Sequence record: MH383160.1
Direction: 5' to 3' (one strand)
DNA: 64,000 nt
Shown: positions 58,072 to 64,000 of the stretch, piece by piece
Layout: every line of letters begins with the position of its first letter
Position numbering within the stretch: the first letter of the stretch is position 1
Translations under genes and position numbers: made by a program
Notes under the pieces: model-generated
Databases searched by the model: none
What the model was told of the DNA's origin: nothing
What the model saw: only the letters and a program-made list of their open reading frames with translations

Positions 58072-58391
58072 AAAATTACCTCAACTAAAGCAAGGACTGT
58101 ATTGAATTCCACTATACTTGTAATTCCTTGAAGGTACATGTACTTTGCTACTACATATTTCTGTACTAAATTATAATTATTAAATTCCTCAAAATTGTAA
58201 TTTAGAACATAATCTGTACTCAAAAATATCTTATGCATCTCTAATGCACTTTGATAATACGCGTACAACTCACGGATATCAATACTGGTTAAATTATATT
58301 GTTCATATCTATGATACGGGATGGCTTCAATTTCAATACTATAAAACCATTCTCTTAACTTATTAATATCAAATGTATTATTCAGCTTCAT
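58050..58391 (-). CDS. hypothetical protein
   Basis: 113 aa; NFEEFNNYNLV weakly FQ-like. Confidence 0.65.
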   Translation of the reverse strand: MKLNNTFDINKLREWFYSIEIEAIPYHRYEQYNLTSIDIRELYAYYQSALEMHKIFLSTDYVLNYNFEEFNNYNLVQKYVVAKYMYLQGITSIVEFNTVLALVEVILCSTCMI

Positions 58392-58944
58392 AACTCAATA
58401 CCTCCATTAAACACTCATACACACCGTCAATCGCATAAGCACAAAAATTGAAATTAATTTTGTGATTCTTGTGTAATGGACTATTGTGTACTGTACTCAT
58501 TATGACATTATAAAATAACAAACGCACTGGTACAAGCATTGAACCTTGGAAAAATTCTTCCTCTGATTTATATGTATTGTACTCTATTGCGTTGTTCGTT
58601 TCTTTATCATATGTTACCATTACTAACGGGGCATTTTTATTATACCATGCGTACTCTAAATCATTCTTTCCAATAACAGAACCAGGTGCGAAATCCAAAA
58701 GACCAATAACACTACGGGCATTTGGTATATCTGGTGTATTGAATCGTTTATCAAAATGACTCGTGCACGCAATATATGTATTGTACTTCGATGGAATAAT
58801 ACCAATACATTTGTGGAAATGACGCTTGTGATATTTCTGGGCATTATATAAGGCTGCAACAATACAAGCTAACTTTTGTCCCATAAGGATGGCATTAGCG
58901 TAGGTGTACTGAATTTCATTGCTGGTATGGTACTTCGAGGTCAT
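58378..58944 (-). CDS. FQ-module family protein
   Basis: SEEEFFQGSMLVP. Confidence 0.8.
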   Translation of the reverse strand: MTSKYHTSNEIQYTYANAILMGQKLACIVAALYNAQKYHKRHFHKCIGIIPSKYNTYIACTSHFDKRFNTPDIPNARSVIGLLDFAPGSVIGKNDLEYAWYNKNAPLVMVTYDKETNNAIEYNTYKSEEEFFQGSMLVPVRLLFYNVIMSTVHNSPLHKNHKINFNFCAYAIDGVYECLMEVLSYEAE

Positions 58945-59227
58945 AATATTTCCTTTGCCATATCATGGGCTTAAAATCAATAACAGCTTTCTGTATCTTT
59001 TTTAATAATAAGACATCATAACCACCCGTGTCAATCACTAATTGCTGTTGGAACAATTCTTCATCGGATAATGTATTGAAATCTACAAAATAATCTGTAA
59101 CTATCGAATCATTTAAATGTGCCATGTACCAACCTGAACTTCTTGAATAAATCAAATTCCACCCATCGTCATCATCTTCTAATTCAACATAAATCATATC
59201 TGGGGTATACATCATTTTATACTTCAT
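58916..59227 (-). CDS. FQ-module family protein (short type)
   Basis: SDEELFQQQLVID. Confidence 0.8.
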   Translation of the reverse strand: MKYKMMYTPDMIYVELEDDDDGWNLIYSRSSGWYMAHLNDSIVTDYFVDFNTLSDEELFQQQLVIDTGGYDVLLLKKIQKAVIDFKPMIWQRKYYDLEVPYQQ

Positions 59228-59765
59228 AACTATATCCTTGCATTAATAAATCATAAACTACATGGACTAAATTTAATTGAATATAAAATTTTAAACCTTT
59301 AATTAATGAATTCAAATGCATTGTACTGAATAACATTAGATACATCATCTCATGCGGTTTTGTGATTAATGATTTTTGAAATACTTCAGCTTCATCATAA
59401 GGGTCTATGAACTGAAATTTGTCTTCATCATAATTTGTATTGGAATGCTGATATATAAAATAATCATCATTGGTATTGTACCACAAATATCCTTCGAATC
59501 CTGTACTAACATCTTTGGTCAATGGGGATGCTGATACTGGATTTGAACTGATTAATGCACCTACATCAACAATCCCCGTTGTATCATATTCGATTTCAAC
59601 ATCAATATCAATGTATTTCCTTGCGATATCTGCGTTTATGGACAAATATAAACTACCACCTGTCCTCTGACTCAGGATTCCATCTATCTGCGATATAGGA
59701 TGGTTGTTATTGAGGATAAGCATTATTGTACTTATCTTGTGTGCTAATAACTCTATCTCATTCAT
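59217..59765 (-). CDS. FQ-module family protein
   Basis: DEAEVFQKSLIT. Confidence 0.8.
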   Translation of the reverse strand: MNEIELLAHKISTIMLILNNNHPISQIDGILSQRTGGSLYLSINADIARKYIDIDVEIEYDTTGIVDVGALISSNPVSASPLTKDVSTGFEGYLWYNTNDDYFIYQHSNTNYDEDKFQFIDPYDEAEVFQKSLITKPHEMMYLMLFSTMHLNSLIKGLKFYIQLNLVHVVYDLLMQGYSYEV

Positions 59766-59965
59766 AATTTACCTATCGATGGATACCTAGGATTTGTAGG
59801 ATGTAAAATCCTGTCCTGTACTGAAAGGTGCTCAAATGTAATTAAACTCAAATAATAATCGTAATTATCAATACCACCCTTCAAATGTATATTGTAATAC
59901 ATCTTAATACTATCTAATAATGAATCCTGTAATGCATTTAATGTTATCGTATTAATCTTTTGCAT
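59762..59965 (-). CDS. small hypothetical protein
   Basis: 67 aa, overlapping start/stop context. Confidence 0.55.
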   Translation of the reverse strand: MQKINTITLNALQDSLLDSIKMYYNIHLKGGIDNYDYYLSLITFEHLSVQDRILHPTNPRYPSIGKL

Positions 59966-60171
59966 TAATGTTCTTCTCTTAAAAATCGTTTGATAGCATA
60001 ATCTAAATAAAATTCATAACACATGCTATCTCTGTTCTTTATCCATATTTTGTAATCGGATTTTATATTACTCAACAAATAATTTGTATTAATTGTGTAA
60101 TAATCCAAACGACCTAATCGTGCCATTTGATAGGATACTCCGTTCCATTTATTGTATAAGATATAATCCAT
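59965..60171 (-). CDS. small hypothetical protein
   Basis: true start likely MARLG. Confidence 0.5.
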   Translation of the reverse strand: MDYILYNKWNGVSYQMARLGRLDYYTINTNYLLSNIKSDYKIWIKNRDSMCYEFYLDYAIKRFLREEH

Positions 60172-60524
60172 CCGTAATGAATAGGACTATTCTTTTCTCC
60201 TTTAGGAATAAAATATAAAGATGTACTGGGGTTATAACTGAATAAATCGTTGTTACCAAATGTAAAATGCGATAACTCAATTTTCCTTGTACCTGTACTT
60301 GGACGAAGAGCATTCTTAACACCGAAGACTGTACCTTGATATTTCTCGGAAAATTCAAACAATACATCTGTAATTAAATCACGAAACTCCGCATGTATGG
60401 TTTCAAAAAAATCTATATTACACGATGTTTTAATATCCTTGAACTCATTATAAAAAGCATGTCTTGTATTCAAAAGAAATATTACTTTTTTAAGATCCTG
60501 AACTATTTCTGGATTCATATTCAT
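60114..60524 (-). CDS. helix+barrel family-like protein
   Basis: FSEKYQGTVF. Confidence 0.7.
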   Translation of the reverse strand: MNMNPEIVQDLKKVIFLLNTRHAFYNEFKDIKTSCNIDFFETIHAEFRDLITDVLFEFSEKYQGTVFGVKNALRPSTGTRKIELSHFTFGNNDLFSYNPSTSLYFIPKGEKNSPIHYGWIISYTINGTEYPIKWHD

Positions 60525-60756
60525 TTATCTCATTCTGTAACTTAAGCATCAAAATTTGCATATTAATTTTTTGTAAAAGGTGCTTGATAAATTTCTGTGC
60601 CATTTCTTCTTGTTCTTTTGTACCAAGATAAAATAACAGATTAAATTCTGATAATCGCAAAGAAAAATCTTCATCACCACCCTTTAAACAAAAATCCCTG
60701 TACTTTGTAGCGTACAAATATTGGTTTACCTTTTTATAATACCCTGTGTTTTGCAT
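60490..60756 (-). CDS. LGTxxQE family mini-protein
   Basis: LLFYLGTKEQEEMAQKFIKHL. Confidence 0.75.
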   Translation of the reverse strand: MQNTGYYKKVNQYLYATKYRDFCLKGGDEDFSLRLSEFNLLFYLGTKEQEEMAQKFIKHLLQKINMQILMLKLQNEINEYESRNSSGS

Positions 60757-60944
60757 ACTATCTCCGTTCGCAACGAATTTATATAATAATGAACAAATTG
60801 TTCTTGTGAACGTGTTCCAAGAAAAATAAACATATCAAACTCTGTTGTTTTTAAATTCAATGCATCTTTTGTAAAATTCCTGTTGAATTCCCTGTACTTT
60901 TGGGTCTTCCATTCTTGATTAATTGTCTTGTATATCGATTTCAA
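60726..60944 (-). CDS. LGTxxQE family mini-protein
   Basis: FIFLGTRSQEQFVHYYINSL. Confidence 0.75.
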   Translation of the reverse strand: MKSIYKTINQEWKTQKYREFNRNFTKDALNLKTTEFDMFIFLGTRSQEQFVHYYINSLRTEIVCKTQGIIKR

Positions 60945-61239
60945 TGATTCTCCCTGACATACCTTGTATTAGCTTATCATACATATCGAGCATCACTTTT
61001 TGAATATTAATTAGTACTGGCATCGTGCAAATATCAATGTCGTATACTAAGCTGTACTGGAATAATTCATCTTCCTGCATTTGTACTAAATTAGGTAAAA
61101 GATAATTGTCTGCCTCTTCATCCTGGTACTTGAAATGCATAACACCATCCTTTTTGTACAAAAGAATGTCAATATCACCTAACTCTTCTGCATAACCAAA
61201 AATACATATACTCGATGTTTTTGCTATATTAAATTTCAT
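60919..61239 (-). CDS. FQ-module family protein (short type)
   Basis: QEDELFQYSLVYD. Confidence 0.8.
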   Translation of the reverse strand: MKFNIAKTSSICIFGYAEELGDIDILLYKKDGVMHFKYQDEEADNYLLPNLVQMQEDELFQYSLVYDIDICTMPVLINIQKVMLDMYDKLIQGMSGRIIEIDIQDN

Positions 61240-62045
61240 GATTTATATTGTTCCTTAAAAACACCACAATGATAATTTTTATTGTATTGTGTAATACTAT
61301 AATCACACGGCATTGTCCCGCACGAAGCTCTGTGTTTTAAACGTTCCAATACCTTATCGTAATCTTTACTGAAAATGCCATTTTCATTGGGCGTAGCAAT
61401 CATTAATGCTTGCTCATATAAATCTTTTGTTCTTGTTGAACCATGCGAATGTTTGTTAAAATAAAATACATATTCAACTTCCCAATTACTTCTTAAATAG
61501 GATATTCCGTAATTGATAATCATATAATAATGTAAATCCTTGTAATAATTGAATGTCTTATCTGTATTAATCAAAATATATGAAGAACTATCATTGTCCT
61601 TAATAACAAATAAACGACCAATCTTATTTTCTTTATCTTTAACTAATTGTCTAATTTCATCACCTTCTTCAAATTTACGATGCACTTCAATTACAGATTT
61701 AGCAATCCCAGTCTGTACTAAAGATTCATATGTTGCGTACATAAAATCACTTACATGACCTAAACCAACATCTTCTTTTCTTGGTGTCTCTGTTGTATTG
61801 ACAAACATATTCAATAACTTTTGAATTGAAAAATCAGTACTGCAATCTTTATTAATTTTAATTTTTTCTCGAATCTCTTCCTTTAATGCATTAATATATT
61901 GCTCTTGTGCTGCTTCCTGATAATTTGTACCAAGATATAAACTCAAGGCAACTGAACCTTTGTAAGATGCTGATTTCTTTAAATCACCAGAACTAAATTT
62001 TTTCATAATCAAATTGGTTGCTTCAGATTCTGTTAAAAATTTCAT
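61236..62045 (-). CDS. LGTxxQE domain fused to a ~190 aa C-terminal domain
   Basis: LYLGTNYQEAAQEQYINAL within the first 60 aa of 269. Confidence 0.8.
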   Translation of the reverse strand: MKFLTESEATNLIMKKFSSGDLKKSASYKGSVALSLYLGTNYQEAAQEQYINALKEEIREKIKINKDCSTDFSIQKLLNMFVNTTETPRKEDVGLGHVSDFMYATYESLVQTGIAKSVIEVHRKFEEGDEIRQLVKDKENKIGRLFVIKDNDSSSYILINTDKTFNYYKDLHYYMIINYGISYLRSNWEVEYVFYFNKHSHGSTRTKDLYEQALMIATPNENGIFSKDYDKVLERLKHRASCGTMPCDYSITQYNKNYHCGVFKEQYKS

Positions 62046-62081
62046 ATCATTGTACCTTATCTTAAAATTGAATAGGTAAAC

Positions 62082-62110
62082 ATGTTAACACTATTCAAAT
62101 GGAGTGTCAA
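62082..62110 (-). promoter_or_regulatory. sigma70-type promoter
   Basis: TTGACA-N17-TAACAT with TG extension. Confidence 0.7.
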
Positions 62111-62153
62111 CATTGATCTTCATTCTGTGAATATTAAATTTCATATTATTCTC

Positions 62154-62486
62154 TTATATATTGAATTCACATACGTGTTGAACAAAATTCTTTGGAAGAT
62201 GACAATGTGCAATCATCTGCTGTTGCACTTTCTTCATATCTTCTAATGTAAAACCTAAAGAATCATCGTGTACTAACATGTACTGAAACTCTTCTTCTTC
62301 AGAGATAGAACATAAATTCGGTACTGAAATTGTTTTTGTTTTTCTTGCACCTAATTTCCAATGAAAAGAATTATTGCATTTTCTGTACTCAAATATCTTC
62401 AACCCAGCACCTCTATTAAAATCAGCTACTACAATGTAACATGAATTCTTACGTACAATACAATTAAATTTACGCATTATCTCCAC
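62154..62486 (-). CDS. FQ-module family protein (short type)
   Basis: SEEEEFQYMLVHD. Confidence 0.8.
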   Translation of the reverse strand: MEIMRKFNCIVRKNSCYIVVADFNRGAGLKIFEYRKCNNSFHWKLGARKTKTISVPNLCSISEEEEFQYMLVHDDSLGFTLEDMKKVQQQMIAHCHLPKNFVQHVCEFNI

Positions 62487-62722
62487 CTCTCTCCGTCATC
62501 GCAAGAGTACTGGTACGTTGTCGTTAGGGTAGGGACCATGTTGGTAATGGGCATATTATTAACAATAACCGTAACAGGCATAAGAATCGTCTCTACTCTA
62601 CTCTGTCCTGTCCTTGTGCAATTCATCTTTTGCATTTCATCTGAATCCATGAAATACAATACAAATGGTGCAATCCCAAGAACAATACACAAGACGATAA
62701 GGAAATTTAAAAAATTTAACAT
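62477..62722 (-). CDS. membrane-anchored small protein
   Basis: N-terminal TM helix, C..TG...YQYSC. Confidence 0.7.
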   Translation of the reverse strand: MLNFLNFLIVLCIVLGIAPFVLYFMDSDEMQKMNCTRTGQSRVETILMPVTVIVNNMPITNMVPTLTTTYQYSCDDGERWR

Positions 62723-62751
62723 AATTTTTACCCTATGATTAACGTTAGTGT

Positions 62752-62780
62752 ACTATATCAGTAATGAAAAGTACTGTCAA
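62752..62780 (-). promoter_or_regulatory. sigma70-type promoter with GTAC sites adjoining both boxes
   Basis: TTGACA-N17-TATAGT; GTAC abuts the -35 and overlaps the -10. Confidence 0.75.
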
Positions 62781-62781
62781 G

Positions 62782-63177
62782 CTAGTACTGCACTGTTCTA
62801 ATGAAAGTACCTTTACTCATGGATTTAAGCTTATGAACCTCTTCCTGCATACCCTTAATTAACCCTAAAGGTATAGGTAAATCATGTACTAAGCTGTACT
62901 GAAAGTATTCTTCTTCAGATAAAGTACTAACATCTGGGACTCCAATTTTAGTTAGATAATCTTGATGTGTTGACCAATAAATTATATCTTCAGTACTATT
63001 GTACTCCCCATATACTGAACAATATTGATGAATATCTTTCCTGTACCCTTGAGCAATAAAGAACTTATCTACTGCATTACCAGCATTAATAGAATTCACT
63101 TCTATTGTCACAGTACTTGAGCTTGTATAACTCTTAATATTATCAGTACTCAATAATGTGTTCTTCATAATCACCAT
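62782..63177 (-). CDS. FQ-module family protein (short type)
   Basis: STLSEEEYFQYSLVHD. Confidence 0.8.
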   Translation of the reverse strand: MVIMKNTLLSTDNIKSYTSSSTVTIEVNSINAGNAVDKFFIAQGYRKDIHQYCSVYGEYNSTEDIIYWSTHQDYLTKIGVPDVSTLSEEEYFQYSLVHDLPIPLGLIKGMQEEVHKLKSMSKGTFIRTVQY

Positions 63178-63487
63178 TAGGCTCCTGTTTAGATTCTTTC
63201 ATTAGTACTATCATCTTATGTACTAATGGCATAGGAAACTCTAAATCCCATACTAATGATTCCTGAAAGTATTCTTCTTCAGATAAAGTACTTAAATCTT
63301 TAATATCAACGTGCTTGTATATTTTATTTTCGTAATTAACAAATGATATATATAAATCACTAACATAAGAATCATAGGTAATTGTGAATGGCTTACCCTT
63401 GTAATCCATTACATCTCTACATAGACTACTTTTGATATATGTATGTTCAAATGATTTATATACCTTGAGTTGTATATTAGTTTTCAT
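63143..63487 (-). CDS. FQ-module family protein (short type)
   Basis: STLSEEEYFQESLVWD. Confidence 0.8.
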   Translation of the reverse strand: MKTNIQLKVYKSFEHTYIKSSLCRDVMDYKGKPFTITYDSYVSDLYISFVNYENKIYKHVDIKDLSTLSEEEYFQESLVWDLEFPMPLVHKMIVLMKESKQEPNGDYEEHIIEY

Positions 63488-63752
63488 ATTTCTCTTTATT
63501 AGCTTGTTTTGTTTTATGGTGAATTAAATCTATTAATGTAATCAAGTACAACGTCAAATAGTACTCTTGTTGATCTGTACCTAATGATACAAAGAACTTG
63601 TGCTCATAGATTAAAACCTGTTTCTCTTCAAATGGACATTTAATCCTCTGTATAGGCTTAAGTAAATGATAGTACTTATTAAATCTATGATACATTTCTA
63701 GTTCTGTCAGTACTTTCATATTAAACACGTACTCCATTAGCAGTAGCATCAC
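63477..63752 (-). CDS. LGTxxQE family mini-protein
   Basis: FVSLGTDQQEYYLTLYL. Confidence 0.7.
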   Translation of the reverse strand: MMLLLMEYVFNMKVLTELEMYHRFNKYYHLLKPIQRIKCPFEEKQVLIYEHKFFVSLGTDQQEYYLTLYLITLIDLIHHKTKQANKEKYEN

Positions 63753-63942
63753 GTAAAGCTGTCAAATACTTCTGTACTGCTTGCTCTTGTTTATTTGTAC
63801 CTAAAAGTATATACATCCATAATTCACTGTAATGTACATCTTCTGTATAAGGGTTGTTGTAACTTTTTGATAATATAGCATCAAATTCAGATGCATGAAC
63901 CCTTGTGAACTTAAGAATATCTTGTTGTGTTATGATTCTCAT
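63721..63942 (-). CDS. LGTxxQE family mini-protein
   Basis: YILLGTNKQEQAVQKYLTAL. Confidence 0.75.
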   Translation of the reverse strand: MRIITQQDILKFTRVHASEFDAILSKSYNNPYTEDVHYSELWMYILLGTNKQEQAVQKYLTALRDATANGVRV

Positions 63943-64000
63943 ATCTTTTCCTGTACAATCTGTATAAGAATACCTATGTGTGAATTAACAGTTCTCTCTT

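Noticed and set aside
864-62738. Plus-strand ORFs in the track other than 5809-6186, and short alternative-frame minus ORFs
   Set aside because: They are shadows of longer, motif-bearing minus-strand genes and lack RBS or recognisable motifs.
34463-63487. Diversity-generating retroelement as the source of paralog variation
   Set aside because: No reverse transcriptase in the window, and no template/variable repeat pair with adenine-specific differences was seen.
1-64000. Stop-codon reassignment
   Set aside because: Conserved enzymes read intact in the standard code and coding density is already near complete.

Overview
This is an AT-rich (about 30% GC by eye), densely coding 64-kb segment of a lytic jumbo phage. 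Nearly all genes are on the minus strand and are driven by sigma70-type promoters. Gene content and layout resemble the GAP32/RaK2/PBECO4-type jumbo myoviruses (inference, no database search). The left half (0-30 kb) carries auxiliary enzymes among many small ORFs: PIN-PhoH, a cyclic-phosphate receiver, a NUDT16-like Nudix hydrolase, Sir2, an HslV-like peptidase, two ClpP-fold peptidases, dCMP deaminase, two metallophosphoesterases, DNA ligase, Pnk/PseT, RNA ligase 1, a HIGH nucleotidyltransferase and an N6-adenine MTase. The right half (34-64 kb) is mostly one paralog array. Three signals stand out. (1) About 50 paralogs share an acidic EExxFQxS(L/T)xxD module and have hypervariable middles, suggesting a variable-display/constant-dock arsenal. 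(2) The palindrome AGTACT (often CAGTACTG) occurs about 185 times by hand count versus about 22 expected, in all three codon frames, and switches to TGTACT in a 7.7-kb block. (3) A roughly 500-nt, GC-elevated, extensively base-paired intergenic region with its own promoter is a candidate large ncRNA. N runs are sequence gaps. No tRNA, CRISPR array, integrase or reverse transcriptase was seen.
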